DNA of 64,000 nt from Octopus sinensis. Lineage: Eukaryota. Within the stretch, counting starts at the first letter, position 1; every line of letters starts with the position of its first letter. The stretch spans positions 145,266,001 through 145,330,000 of the forward strand of contig NC_042997.1 of the NCBI RefSeq assembly GCF_006345805.1, given 5' to 3'. Shown here piece after piece: positions 1 through 13,777 of the stretch. Below the pieces are notes generated by a model. It was not told where the DNA came from. It was given only the letters and a program-made list of their open reading frames with translations, and searched no databases. The position numbers and the translations under genes were made by a program.

Positions 1-158
1 CACTCAATGAATGCCAGACAGTGAAATAAGATTGGGAAAACAGTTTTGTAAAAAAAAAAAAAATAAATAAGTAAATAAATAAAAATAAGAAGGAAAAAAA
101 AAGAAGCTGAAAGCTGAATTATATGTTCACAATCAACCTAGCATTTTAAAGATAGGCA

Positions 159-368
159 TTAACCCATTAGCATTCAGACTACTATATCAAATGAAATGCT
201 TATCTATTCATGTTTTTTTTGAGTTAATCATGCATTATCTCATAGATTCAAAATTTCAATGATGCAATTGTTTATTTTTAGAATGACATTATAAGATAGG
301 TGTAAGGGGCTAGCAACAAGTAGAATATTAGGGCTTGATATGGCCAGTTTACATGCTGAAAGGGTTAA
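159..368. mobile_element. piggyBac-type MITE (~210 bp)
   Basis: TTAA|CCCATTAGCA ... TGCTGAAAGGG|TTAA: terminal inverted repeats starting CCC and flanked by TTAA; similar copies at 17274, 19059, 22665, 25343. Confidence 0.7.
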
Positions 369-388
369 AATATACACACATTTTACCT

Positions 389-720
389 CTTACTTTTTTC
401 AGTCATTTGACTGCCCAGGTTGGAGCATGGCCTTGAAGGGTTTTAGTCAAAACAAATCGACCCCAGGACTAATTTTAAAGCTTAGTACTTATTCTATTGG
501 TCTCCTTTGCTGAACTGTTAAGTTACGGGGACATAAACACACCAGCACCAGACACACAGATATATCTATACATACATACGGGTGTGTGTGTGTATGACTC
601 ACAAGGCTTTGGCTTGCCTGAGGCTATAGTAAAAGACACTTGACCAAGGTGCCATGCAGTGGGACTGAACCTGGAACGATGTGGTTAAGAAGCAAGCTTC
701 TTATCACACAGCCACGCCTG
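389..720 (-). mobile_element. tRNA-derived SINE, family A
   Basis: Reverse strand starts caggcgtggctgtgtgataag..., has a B-box-like ccaggttcagtccc, a ggcaccttgg core and an ...actgaaaaaaagtaag tail; more than 10 copies in the window. Confidence 0.85.
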
Positions 721-724
721 AATA

Positions 725-1195
725 ATTATCTCCAGATGACACAGACTCCTAAAAATGATGATTAACTCTTTAAAACAGAGGAGAGACGAATTTCCTCTTG
801 GAAAGGATACAAGTCTACCATCAACAGCATTCCTAGAATATCTGTTTCTTTATAGCAAAGTAAACTGAGATATAAAGTTGTCTTGATAACAGACTCAACA
901 AAACATCTAAGGAGGATCTGATCTCATGGTTTATGAATTGGGAGCACAACAAAGCTTTGTTTATTTTTGCCTCTACTTCAACATCTGCTTGAATCTTCAG
1001 TGCATCTATCCTTGTTTATTACAGATTCATTTATCACTAATCCTTGTAAACATCGCACACACAATTGTGAGCTGTGCTATTCTTATCACAAATTGATCTG
1101 TGGTAACACATGTTAGTGATTAGTGAACAGTTTTACTTGGACAGCAGAAGCATGCCACACTAGCCATCCATAATGCTAAGGATAACTCAGGAACT
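725..1195 (-). mobile_element. Decayed RTE-clade LINE fragment (RT thumb region)
   Basis: Minus frame reads IQADVEVEAKINKA...RQLYISVYFAIKKQIF*ECC*W*T, resembling RTE EI..RI.KA / TK..VY.A.....LLYGCE.W; heavily degraded. Confidence 0.45.
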
Positions 1196-1200
1196 TGGAA

Positions 1201-1497
1201 TCATCATCATCATCATCATCATCATTTTACATCCGTTTTCCATGTTAGCATGGGTTGGACGGTTCAACCAGGGTCTGGTAAGCCATGGAGGCTGCACCAG
1301 GCTCTAGTCTGATTTGGCAGTGTTTCTACAGCTGGATGCCCTTCCTAACGCCAACCACTCTGTGAGTATAGTGGGCATTTTTTACATGTCACTGGCACAG
1401 GGGCCAGAACAGGCTGGCAAACGGCCACGATCAGTTGGTGCTTTTATGTGTCACCAACACGGACGCCAGTCAGGCGGCACTGGCATCTGCCATGTTC
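1201..1497 (-). mobile_element. SINE family C with (TGA)n RTE-like tail
   Basis: (atc)n followed by tttacatccgttttccatgttagcatgggttggac...gctggatgcccttcctaacgccaaccac; many copies in the window. Confidence 0.8.
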
Positions 1498-2706
1498 GAA
1501 ACCTATTTTCCATACGTTCTATTATTCCTTTATCACTGATTCTTTTGACACAGTATCTTTTTTTTGGTGGGTGGGGACCAGACACCCATAATAAACAAGG
1601 ATATATTAGTTTTGCAGTGTTAGGCTGTTGAAAGACGAAGCCTTACTTCTGGATATTACAGACAAGTAAATGAATTGAAAATTGCTGTTGTTTAGCCCTA
1701 GGTCAATTCTGAGCAAGCAGAAGATCTAATCAATGATCAATAAGAAGAATCTACCCAGAGACAAATACTTTGGGCAGACCTTCTCTCTCCCCACCAATCT
1801 TGGAGGCCCTACTGAAGAATCATAGACATTACCTTTCCCCTTGACAAAAAAAAAATTGATAGTATAACTTAGTTATTTCATGTCAACATGATTAACAAGT
1901 TTCCATTTGTTAATAGGGAGGCAGGGATGTTCTGAGTTCAGATAACCAAGGTCAACTTTGCCTTTCGTCCTTTCAAAGGTCAAAAAAAGGAGTTGGTCTT
2001 GTGTCAAAATTAGAAAGAATTATTTGGGGAGCAGGAGTTGCATATGTAACTTCTTTCAAGAATTCTTAGACTGCAGTTGACATTCTATGTGAAAACTCTA
2101 TACTTTGTCAAAGTGGCCTATCTCATCAAAGGGACATAATTCAGCTATCTTCACTATGCTACTAAGCACTCAGTAAATGCTATAGAGTGGTTGGCATTAG
2201 GAAGGGCATCCAGCTGTAGAAACTCTACCAAAGTTGACATCAGAACCCAGCACACCCCTGTGGTTTGCTAGATCCTATCAAATTATCGAACCCTTATCAG
2301 CACGGATAACAGACATTAAATGATGATGATAATGATTAACACTACATCATCCAATGTGTCTGCTTCTTTCCCCAGACAGTAAGACGTAATTTGAAAGAGA
2401 TTAAGCTGCTGCTTCTAGCGGGACGAAGTATTCACACAGAGAGACTAACAAGCTGGTTCATATATTCCAATGTTGATCGCACTTTTGCTTCCCAGAAGGA
2501 AGGTCAACAACCGAAATGTGTTGACACAGAAAGTGTATATAGTCTGCTAAAATGCAATTTTGTCCATGATACGAGTTATACATCATGAAAGATAATCAGA
2601 AAATGGGAGGTGTAGCATTTGCAAGCATCTTTGTAACTGGGTGTTGTCCACAGTGCAGGAAGGGTGTAGCACTGTAAGACTGTTTGTTTCCTCTGATCAA
2701 ATGAAG

Positions 2707-2710
2707 TTAA

Positions 2711-2741
<31 letters not shown>

Positions 2742-3011
2742 GTAATAATAACAACAACAACAGGATGGTTTTGTTTAAGATTAAAATATTCTTATTTAAA
2801 AATATATTTTTCGTATAATTTACAATAGCATTAAGAAAAAAGAACACAAACACATAAAGAAATACAGCAGAGCATGAACACACACACACTCAAACATATA
2901 CATACCATACATGCATGCATATATTGCTTGTACATATGCATATACCTACCTACACAAATACACAGACAACTGCATATATGTGTATGTGTGTGTGTATATA
3001 TATATATATAT

Positions 3012-3047
<36 letters not shown>

Positions 3048-3265
3048 GACATATATATATATATATATATACATACACACACACACAGACATATATATAT
3101 ATATAATATACATACACACATATATATATATATATACATATATATGTATATATATATATGCATACACACACACATCCATACCATACACACACTGTACACT
3201 CATGGGTGCATATATGTGTGTGTGCATATATATATAAACTCAGACAGACACACACGCACACACGT
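2707..3265. repeat. (TAA)n and compound (TA)n/(CA)n microsatellites
   Basis: Direct reading; source of the H/T/Y/I and C/V/Y pseudo-ORFs. Confidence 0.95.
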
Positions 3266-3561
3266 TTAAATGAAATCCAATCTCCAAATACATGTAAACA
3301 TATGACAAGTAAACAAGAATTTACTGCGTATTTTGTCTAGCAACAGATATGGCTGGCGTGAAAAACACTGCTGACAAATTGGACATAATGCAACTGCTGC
3401 ATTAAATATGGCATTCCAACTAACTGAAATCGGCATATCTTTGGAATGTTGAATAAATGTCACCATAACTTTTACAAGTTAGAAACGACTTGAACCTTGA
3501 ACCACTCTCACATTGATTATCACCAGACAGAAAAACCTGCCATTCTTCTATCCTTACTTGC

Positions 3562-3594
<33 letters not shown>

Positions 3595-4120
3595 TACTAT
3601 GATTATTATCATTATTATTACTAATTTATTTATTTATTTATTTAGCAATCGTTTATGCACAACATAGCAACAGACAAGTAAGTGGAATCGTAAAACATTT
3701 GTAATCTTTCACAGGATTGCTTACAAGTATTTGTTTTTAACAAAGACACAAGGCCTGATGTTGTGTTGTCGGGGAGGGATGAGGTACAGGAGAAACAGTC
3801 GCTTATATCAACCCTCCGGAGAAATGAAAGGCAGTGCTTGATGCTCTAGTGATCCTGCCAAGTTCTCTAAACACAATGCATATTCACGAGAACAAATTTG
3901 TTACGCAATATGTACATACATACACACACACATGGGCTGACCCATATTTTTGAAGTGAAATTCAATAGACAGAAACTGTAAGGAAGCTCACGTGGTATAG
4001 ACTGTATTTGTAATTCAATAGGCACAACCGTATTAGATAATTATGTTAAGGGGGAAACATAAGTGCACTTGCACTTAATCGAAGAGCAGCATCATTTGTG
4101 TGTCTGTGTGTGTGTGTATA

Positions 4121-4600
4121 CACAGGATGCGGTGAATAAACTGTTGTCTAAATTACGCAAAAATGAAAATAATGCTGACATCTCATTTTAACAGATATAT
4201 TTACCAAAATTACAGAAAAATATCTTGAAATACTAAAGGGTAAATTTATTCAATAAAATAGCCACTGGCTTCAACCACAGCCTCCTGACAACTTTGGAAT
4301 CTCCTGCAACTCTTCTGGATGGTCTCCTTGTTTAAGTTGGTCAATACTGCCATAATATTTGCCTTCAGTTCATTTTGAGTGTGTGCTACAAGGCACCTCA
4401 ACTGTGCCCCACGTATAATGGTTAAGGGGGTTGCAGTCTGGGGAATCAGGTGGCCAGATGTTAGGGGTGATGTGGTTACAGAAATTGTCAGCCATGACTG
4501 AGTTCTCCTGCTTGTGTGGTATGATGCAAAGTTCTCTTTCCAGACATAGGATTTTTCAGTAGCCACCCTCTTCATCCAGGGCAGCACTACCTCCTCCAGT
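4121..4600 (-). mobile_element. Tc1/mariner transposase C-terminal remnant with right end
   Basis: ORF 4246-4587: YVW..(QD)..HTSRRTQSWL ... AVVEASGYFIE*; the frameshifted WPPDSPDCNP motif is visible; ends in a TA-CAGGATG TIR-like end near 4121. Confidence 0.8.
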
Positions 4601-5247
4601 AATATTTTTCTTTATATAATTTTTTAAAATCATTTTTATTAAACTCCCTCTTAAATTGAAATGTTATAGACATACTTCTGTGCTAATTCCACCTCCATTT
4701 TTTATACCTAAAAATTTGATTTGTATAGATCTCTAATCCTTTTTCAATCTATACTACTAGTATATTCTTAGCTACAATAGCGACAACATGGATTTTTGCT
4801 ATCTCCTTGCTCTATTAGAGTATTTGAGTAAAATTATATTAATGTGTCCAACTGATTAAAATTCAATTTATTTATTTGTGCAGCTGAAGATAAGCTTTGC
4901 ATTTAAACTGATGTAATGATTGTACTGTTCAATTAAATTGAGCCACTGGAAACAGTTGTACTGCATCACTTCTTGATATCCTGTTGCTTATTTTGATTTT
5001 ATTCACCTTACTTTGAGTTGTTGACTGCCATGACACTACATCCTTTAAGGCCCTCATGCTTTCCGAAATCCGCCGAAACTACACCTGATTATATATACAC
5101 TTTAGAAGAGTTGTAGTGCACCTGAGCACTGTACACAATTATTATTATTATTATTGTACGGATAATACTGCACTGACTTGGTGCTTCAACTTAAGTACCT
5201 AATTCAAATGAATCTCAATTATATATATATATATATATACATATACT

Positions 5248-5611
5248 CTGTTACACATTTCAGACATTTGACTGCAGCCGTTCTGGAGTCAAAGAAATCG
5301 ACCCCAGGACTTATTCTTTGTAAGCCTAGTACTTAATCTATTGGTCTCTTTTGCTGAACCCCTAAGTTTCGGGGACATAAACATACCAACATCGGTTGTC
5401 AAGTAATGGTGAGGGGATAAATAAGCACACACACACACACACATACATATATATATACACAACGGGCTTCTTTCAGGTTCTCTTTACCAAATCCACTCGA
5501 TTTGAGGCTATAGATAGAAGGCACTTGCCCAAGGTGTTGCGCAGTGGGACTGAACCCCGATCCATGTGGTTGGGAAGTAAGCTTCTTACCACACAGCCAC
5601 CCCTGCGCCTA
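5248..5611 (-). mobile_element. tRNA-derived SINE, family A
   Basis: Near full-length copy; head aggcgcaggggtggctgtgtggtaagaagc on the minus strand. Confidence 0.9.
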
Positions 5612-5619
5612 TAAACACG

Positions 5620-8300
5620 AAATATGACGGGAATGTAAAAGATTGACCGAATCGAATATGTAAACGTTTCAAAATAAGTGTATTATGCATCAGCCGCAAA
5701 CTTTTAGTATTTTTTACTTTCAAAACTGTCTTCCGATTTCTAAGTTTTCGACATTGGAGATTCCGTCTCTTATACGTCATTACATGCTGAATATTTGTTC
5801 TGATCTTGTTTAACCCCTGTTGTGGGATACAAACGTCTCCATTCAAAAATGTCTGTTTTGAAAACTTTCATTAAAACAATCGTATTTTTATTTCCCTTTT
5901 CTTATGAGTTACTTTGTTTCCTAATAAGAAATGCCCTATTTTCAACAATGCTAGCTTAATAAGTTAATTAAATGTTAACGCGGTGCTGAGAAATGAAAAC
6001 AGAAGCCTACAATAACCTATTTCAAAGTATTTACTGATTCGTTTCGGTAATTCAAGTCGATTAAAATTTTTTTTTTTTTACATTTCCTGCATATTGGCGG
6101 TTACTTTTAATTATGTCGCTTCCTCAAAAGAAAACCCCAAACTGTTTTGATTGTCAGATTCTTTAAAAACACATAACAAATCAGAGGAACAACATACATT
6201 TCAACTTCAAAGTGAGACGAGTGTGATAGTAAAAAAAATTATCCAATATTCTTTGGACTGAAGGAGAACAGCAGGAAATCGTTTAATTGATGCAAACATC
6301 GGTTTATATTAGGTACGTCAGAAATGGCTAGGGTTGTAATTTGTAGAACAAAAATAAACGTATCCTTTTAATTTTCGTCAAAGTCCAGATCGTAAAACTT
6401 TCCTTATTGTAACACGAGCGACCAGTGTGTTTAACATGCCACTCACATTAAGGTATGTTTAACTTTAAGCTCAAAGGTTCCTTTTGCTTAGCAGCTGCAG
6501 ATGAGGTTTTTTGCACACAAAAACAGTAATTTGGCAGAAGCGGGTAGTCGAATCCAGTGCTCAATTGATATTTAGTTATCGACTCCAAAAGGATATAAGG
6601 CAAAATCGACCTCGGCCGAATTTGATTTCAGAACGTAAATGACGGACGAAACATTTTTCCCCGGCGTGCGAACGATTCTCCTAGTAAGAAAAATAAAACC
6701 AGTTGTTGTGCCTTTATTGACAAACTGACCTTAAGGTATAACATCTGTTTCGACACACGATTTAATCTTAAAATATTTTCTTGAAGCCAAAAGCTTAATA
6801 TCAAAATTACATAAATTTCAGTTTATTGCCTCCCCTGATTCTTCCAGGGACCTTTATTGTTGATGAATGCATTCATTGAATTTCTACAGGAATTTAATGT
6901 AATTTCTAGAACTATAAATGTAGTTTATAATGAGGTAATAATAGTATTGCAGAAACATTGCAGTTGATGCTGTTATATATTCTTGAAACACCAGTGATCT
7001 AAAAGATTTGTAGGGAGCAACATCATTATAATCTAGGTGAAAATAGTGAAGTGCCGTTGAATGAGACCTTCATACCCAAACGAAAATATCATAGAACGAA
7101 AAACTAGCATGTCCCCTTTTTTTTCAATTCTGAAGTTATCGAAAAAAAAGAAGACTTCCAGGCTTTCAACGTATTGATATTTTGAAGGGATTTAGTAAAT
7201 AAAATATACTACTTTTGCTCTGTGCGTGTGTGTGTGTGTGTTATTCTGGTGTAGGATATCTTCATGTTTTTATGAGATTTTGTTTCCTACTACCTAGATA
7301 AATTTTAAGCCATATCGGAACCCGTCATTCCTTTGTTTCCACGCATACTGGAACTATATGGTTCTTCCCTTGTTTGATCTGGAATATCTTTACTAATTTA
7401 TCATTTTCTGTATTCTTTGCTTGTCTTCTCAAGAATAAAACAGATGGGCAGGGTATCGTCATTTAAACTTAAATATGAATGTGTAAAAAGTACGACCGGT
7501 GTTCTGGAGTATAAAAATGGTTATTCTTCGATATTTGTCTCTAAAACAGTATAGTCGTCATTTTTACATTTTAAATATGGAATATTCTTTTTCTAAATTA
7601 TACCAATCTCAAAATATCCAGTTGAAGTATTGCCACAGAAAGAAATTAAATGTTTATGCACACACACACACACAAGAAGACAAAAATATGGCATTTTACT
7701 TTTATACAAATTTTATATAGCTTTAATAAGATTTGGTAGAAATGTAAAAGATGGTGCATTTGTATAATTGCAAGATATACATATATATATATATATATAT
7801 GCACACACACACAAATTTTCATACCCACGGGAAGAGTACCCATCTTTAAAAAATAAAGATAATAGTCTATATTAGTTAATTCGTTTTTTTTCTTTTGTAA
7901 AATCGTTGCCAAAAGTCTTAGGTCAGGTTGTCATAAACAATATTCTCAAGTATCCCCACCCCTCCCCAAATAATAATGATAGAAAAAAAGAGGAAATTAT
8001 ATAAATTTACTTATTAATGACTTAATAGTCTTAATTTATATAATGAAAAAAGTTTCGAATCTTTTCGGTTTGACCGGCAGATTTTTAAAATAATTTCTTT
8101 GTAACGTTTCCATTTGGAAAGTTCAGAGTAACATTATCACAGTATAAAATATCCATAGATTTTATAAAGGAGAGAAGAGTGGGCAAAGAAGAAGGACAAA
8201 ACGAACAAAGGACAACGAAAGTAAGGAAGATGACGATGGCGGTAGTGATGGGGAAAAAAATAATAAATGGTAGTATGTTATTCTTTTTTAAAATATTTTC
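5620..8300. promoter_or_regulatory. CpG-retaining (putatively unmethylated) island, candidate promoter or enhancer
   Basis: 18 CpG counted in 5641-6240 versus 2 in 9001-9600; largely unique sequence; AG|GTACGT donor-like site at 6313. Confidence 0.35.
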
Positions 8301-8784
8301 TTCATCTTTGCAATTTAGGTGTTTATAATCATTATAAAAAAAAACAACGTTATCTTAGAGTAAAAACAAATTTAGAACTTAATATGTGATGGGGACATGG
8401 AGACAGGGAACATCTACACCGGAAAACGAACTACTAGAACCAGCAATAACGTTCCCTTCAAATCATTCCTAACTGTAATTATAAAAAAAAAAGAAGGATG
8501 CAATGTATTAGGTGATTATGGATACACTACACCTGAAAAATATTAAAATATAGGATGGGCACGGCTGGAACATTTGTTCGTACTCGATTACAACTGTTAA
8601 GGGGCTAACGAATAAAAGATTTTGAATATTCCTCCATTGAGTATTTCTATAATTCATAATTAGATATTTTACACATCTTATTCTTTCTATTGCATTATAA
8701 GAAGTCTTGAACATCAATTCAAATTATCGCAGCTTGTATATGAACCATTATAAATTTGTCAGCCACTCAAGCAGTTGATATTCG

Positions 8785-9002
8785 CCGTTGTAAGCCAATA
8801 AAGAGGCCCTTATGTGGTCGCTTGATCTGCCAAATAAAATGCAGCCAAAACCCCTTAACTCACGCCTTACTATCTTAAAACTGAGTAAGGGTAGTCTTGA
8901 ATTTACAGACATGGTAGAAAAAAAAAAGTGACGAGATAGTGACAGTCGAAATGCATTGTGCTCGAACAGAGCTGACCTGGGGTTAAATAACAACAACAAC
9001 AA
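8785..9002. repeat. Interspersed repeat family E ((CAA)n-tailed, unassigned)
   Basis: aggcccttatgtggtcgcttgatctgc...cagagctgacctggggttaaataacaacaac; copies near 9962, 10560, 14745, 16090, 17900, 29385, 41863, 61850 and reversed near 1680 and 43170. Confidence 0.7.
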
Positions 9003-10106
9003 CCACCATTGTTTTGAGGCTTCTATAGAATTATGAAAAGAAATAATACACGGTTTTGTTTCTCTTGTTTTGACCTCTCCATAAGCTATTGAAATTTTCC
9101 TTGAACTTAAAAATAGTTACTAAAAATAGGAGAAAATGGAAAAGAATAGACAAAAGTAAAAATTGTCAAGAACACAAAAATCAGTTTTAAGGATTTCTTT
9201 GTAGACTACGAGCAACATATTGTCTATGAAAGTTAGTTCAATTACTTCATAAAAGAATTTAAAACCTTATAAATTAAATCTTTCACATTCTGGTTTAGAA
9301 GAATATTAAATCAAAAATAACCCCACTTACCATCTACCTTTCTAAGACAGAACATCAGGCCAAACAGCATGTTACTATATTCTCCTTCTCTACTAATTCA
9401 GTCACATCAAATATATTTCATAAAAATTATATATAAATATATGAAAATAATTCTCTATTATGTCTTTATGAGAAATATTCAACACCATCCCCTTTATTGT
9501 TGCCTTGAGCTGTATGTCATGTAATACACTGAAAATATTTCCCTGGCATCCATGCATCATATGATACACATCCCCTACTCTTTTCTTCCTTTTTCTCAAC
9601 CACCAGAGTAACTTGGCACTTATGAAAGGAAACCATATATACTTAGAAAGTATAAAACAAGACCTAACTAAAATTCTCAATATAAAAAAAAGAAAGAAAA
9701 AGCATGGATGTTTAGGATAAGCTTATGAAACTGCTTTGGACAGGCAAAGGGTAAATGTCCATTTTTCTATTATGAGTTGGGCTTCATATAACCGGAGCTC
9801 AGTACATCTCCATTCCACTTGGTTCTGTCGTATAATTTCTGAAGTTCAGCATCTTGAGATCTAACCTCATCTCTCTCTCTCTCTCTCCCCCTCAGTACAC
9901 ATCAGTTTCCCACTCACTTCCAGAAAGTGTTGTCCATATCTATATTGGTTGACCGGTCAACAGAGAGGCCCTCTATGTGGTTACTCAACCTGCTAAAGAA
10001 AAAGTAACCAAATTCCACCTCAAATTACATCTACTGGATAAAAAAAATGGATACATTAGATAATTAGGAAGGATACATTAGATAATTCAATCATATAATC
10101 CTAGAG

Positions 10107-10549
10107 CAGTGATTCTTAAACATTTTTTTGTAGACCCAACCCTTTATGAAGTTGTTATGCCAAGCAGCCACCTAAATGTTAAGTGCAGTATCATGACCGA
10201 ATTAACTTAAAATGAATGATAATTTATAAATTTTACTCTAAAACTGGATAGTATAAGCTTTTAACAGTGAAATGATAAAAAGACTGATAAAGACTAAAGT
10301 TGTTAATTAACTTTATACATTGCAAGTTAATGACTTCCTTGTGCCTGATGAGATCTCATTTTATTTTAATGATCATTAAAAATACACATGATAAAAGTAA
10401 TCGTTTTATCATGTATGGTGTAATTACTACTATAGGTAACACTTAGTATGTTGTTACCTCATAACTCCCTAAAGACTAACATTCCCTTCAACATGCCCAG
10501 TGCTCCCTTGTGGTGGTGGTGGTGGTACTACCCATGTTGAGAACCTCTG
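10107..10549. mobile_element. hAT-type MITE
   Basis: Ends CAGTGATTCTTAAAC ... GTTGAGAACCTCTG; flanks tcctagag / tcctcgat (6 of 8 identical, 8-bp TSD-like). Confidence 0.65.
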
Positions 10550-11749
10550 TCCTCGATTAAATACAGGATGGGCATAGATGAAACAGTAGTGTGACTGGGT
10601 GAGGCCAGAGCAATGCTTTAATCAAAGCAGCACTTTTGGGTCTGCTTTATAAGCTTAGGGTTCGAGGGAAAGGGGATGCAAACTCAAGGGTTGTTCCAAG
10701 CAGCACACATTTCAGCCACACAAATGAGCTTAAGTACTTTTAATAACGTCTGCTAAATTAGGGTTGACCTGGGGTAAGACAAATGCCAGTAACAACACTT
10801 CTTTTGCACATGTAACTGAAAGCATCAAACTGGTAGAGTTGTTAAAGTGTTGGCTAGACTAACTCACAGTATTTGTTCTAACTCTTTGCTCTGAACTAAA
10901 ATCCCAGCAAGATCAAGTTTGCCTTTTATTCTTTCAGGGTCAATAAAAAAAAAAAGTACCAAGCCAGGATGGATGGTTGATTGACGTAACTGTTAAATGA
11001 TTGGGCAAGATGCCTTATGGTATCTTTTCTGGCTCCTTATGTTCTGACCACAATGCCAAGAATGACACTAGTGCTAAGCTCTATCACCAGCCCAAGGTAG
11101 TAGACCTTCTCTCAGATAAACATCACTGAAATGAAGAGGGGAGACTTGCATGCCAATAGCTGGTCTTCCTCAAAAACAATTTATGCACAATCAACACTAA
11201 CTGAAGGATGTTTCTGATATCTATAATATCTAGCTGCTTTCTCAACTATCTTTGTTGCAAACTGACACTTTTACATAATCAACAGAACATACTGTTCTAC
11301 CTCTCAATAAATTTTAACATATTCAATACCCAAGTTTCACATGCAGCATCATGCTCTGTACACATGCCTTTTATGGCATAAAAAGAAAAGCCCTATGTTG
11401 CCAACAAAAGCAACAATTCCTTTAACTTCTCTTCCCTCTGGTAACTATGCTTTCTCTGTATACATGTCAGCACAAAATATGTCACCTAGATAATTATTTG
11501 GGTGACATAAATTATGCTAGGGTAATGCTGATAAATCAAAACTATCAATGACATCTAGTGAGCCATGTGAACAATACATGGACTTTATTTCTTAAGTGCT
11601 CCGGCTGGTGAATCTCAAATCTAGGACCTCATGCTGTCTGTCTGCCAGAGATATAATAGTACCTTTTGTTTATTCACTGTTTGCACTAAGTACACAGTTT
11701 TGTGTTTCTAGCTGTTTCTCTTTATATATATATATATATATATATATCA

Positions 11750-12300
11750 AATATAGTCACTTTCCAGATGGTACTAGGATTTTGTGTATTTTGTTACTAA
11801 TAGGAACTTTATACTCTAGAATATTCTTCCAGGTTTGGAACTGTTCTAGTAGTATTTTAACTTATTCTGTAATAGGGTTCATCTGTCTATAAAAGTTCCA
11901 AGGCATCACAGAGCTCACCACCTAAACTCACTTTGCTTACAACATCCTTCATACAAGGCTTCAATGATTCATGAGCCATTCATTTTTTTTCTTAGCTTTC
12001 TCAGCACCCACGACATAACAACATGTGGAACTCTGTCAAATAGCCTTGGCTTAGAATATCTGTTATATTTCTTGCAACAGTCAAGAAATTTGGCATCTAT
12101 GGTTGCATGTGACAAACCTAAAACAACAATTTTATCTAAGATATTCTATGCTCACTTTGTTTGAATTCTCTCACCTACTTTTAAGACTCAGCCCATCAGT
12201 TTTTTTTAGCCTCTATAGTTACCCAGTTTCAGTGCATAGCTCCTGCTCTGATGTAGTAAAGCAAACAACTGTACACAAATTACAACAAAAGTATAACTGA
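11750..12300 (-). mobile_element. Decayed RTE LINE, RT domain
   Basis: Ordered minus-strand motifs: ALKLGNYRG, KVGERI, TIDAKFL, KA-FDRVPHVVMSWVLRKL..EWL, EQFQTWKNILEYK; multiple stops and frameshifts. Confidence 0.75.
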
Positions 12301-12659
12301 AAATGTCACAATGACCCAGTATGATATCATTATGAATAAAATATAGAAAATGAATGGGTAATTTAATTTCACTGTGTTAGTAAATGTTTTCTACTCTGAA
12401 AATAGCCTTATTGCAAGTCCTACTTCATAAATATATTGAATAAAAACTGAAATAAGAGCATTGTAGGTTGCTTGAAGCATTGTGGTAATGAAGTAAAAAA
12501 ACAAAATAGTGAAGACGGAGAGCTTCTTACAACACAGACAGGAAAAAGTTTAATAACTTTTACATATTTCATCAACTAAAGGTCTTTAACCAATACTGTT
12601 TAGGCAAACATTTCTTGGCTTTTACTTCTCCTGATGGGCTTTTGAGTCTGAAATACAAT

Positions 12660-12948
12660 ATCATCATCATCATTTAATGTCTGTTGTCCATGTTGGCATG
12701 GGTTGGACGGTTTGACCGGGCTGTCATGCTGGAAGGTTGCACTAGGATCCAGTCTGATTTGGCATGGTTTTCTATGGCTGGATGCCCTTCCTAACACCAG
12801 CCTCCAAGAGTGTAATGGGTGCTTTTATGTGCCATCAGCACAGGTGCCATTTACGTGACACCAGTATCTGCCATGACTGCAATTTTGCTCGGATTGATGG
12901 GTTTTCTCAAGGATGACATAATGCCAAAGGTCTTGGTCATTGGTTCCA
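12660..12948 (-). mobile_element. SINE family C
   Basis: (atc)n tail plus catggtttctatggctggatgcccttcctaac core. Confidence 0.8.
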
Positions 12949-13222
12949 TGAGACCCAACACTCGAAAGGAGCTTGGACACTTTGCCTCTATGAAACCCAA
13001 TGCTCGAAAGAAACTCAGACACCTCACCTCTGTGAGGCCTGTTTGAAAGGAACTCGGCCACCGTGATTCCGTGAGGCCTGCTTGAAAGGAACTCAGCCAC
13101 CTCACCTCCGTTAGGGCCAACATTCGAAAAGCTCAATGCTTGAAAGGAATTCAGTCACTTTGCCTCTGTCAAGCCCAATGCTTGAAAGGTACTCAACCAC
13201 TTTGCCTCTGTGAGGCCCAACA
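12949..13222. repeat. ~39-42 bp minisatellite (about 6 degenerate units)
   Basis: Unit ~ttgaaaggaactcagccactttgcctctgtgaggcccaatgc. Confidence 0.85.
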
Positions 13223-13350
13223 GGGCATATTTAAAAACTACCCTGGTAAATTATATATAATCATTTGTATGTACAGAAGAATCCAGAAAAATATTGGTGA
13301 TGATGGTCCAATAAAATCTGTTATAATAGTGATTTCAAATTACTGCATTC

Positions 13351-13777
13351 AGTATGGCTGTGTGGTTAAGAAGTTTACTTCTCAACAATATGGTTTTGGG
13401 TTCAGTCCTACTGTGTGACACCTTGGGTAAGAGTTTTATACTAGACCCCTCAGCAGACCAAAGCCCTGTGAGTGGATTTGATAGATGGAAACTGAAAGAA
13501 CCCCACTGAATGTGTGTGTGTGTGTGTGTGTGCGTAACTGTGTCTAGACCTCGTGTGATGATTGTAAACAAACATTATTATCATACATGTGAGGTTGTTC
13601 ATTTCCACTTGTCTGTGAAAAAAAGATATCTGGCTATGAGAAAGTATTATCTTGCTTGGAAACAGATGAGGAGTTTCTAACAGGAAGGGCTTCTAACCAG
13701 AGAAAATCTGTTTCAACAAATTCAGTCCAACCCATGCAGGCATGGAAAAGTGGACATTAAAATGATGATGATGATGG
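13351..13777 (+). mobile_element. Family A SINE head joined to a family C-type (TGA)n tail
   Basis: atggctgtgtggttaagaag...gggttcagtcctactg head; ends ggacattaaaatgatgatgatga. Confidence 0.7.

Noticed and set aside
12575-12650. Terminal exon LKSPSGEVKAKKCLPKQYWLKTFS* after a tttcag acceptor
   Set aside because: No upstream partner exon or recognisable homology; flanked by SINE and RTE debris
12949-13222. Tandem hammerhead (retrozyme) array
   Set aside because: Units have ctgtgag...gaaa but lack a CUGANGA core and consistent stems
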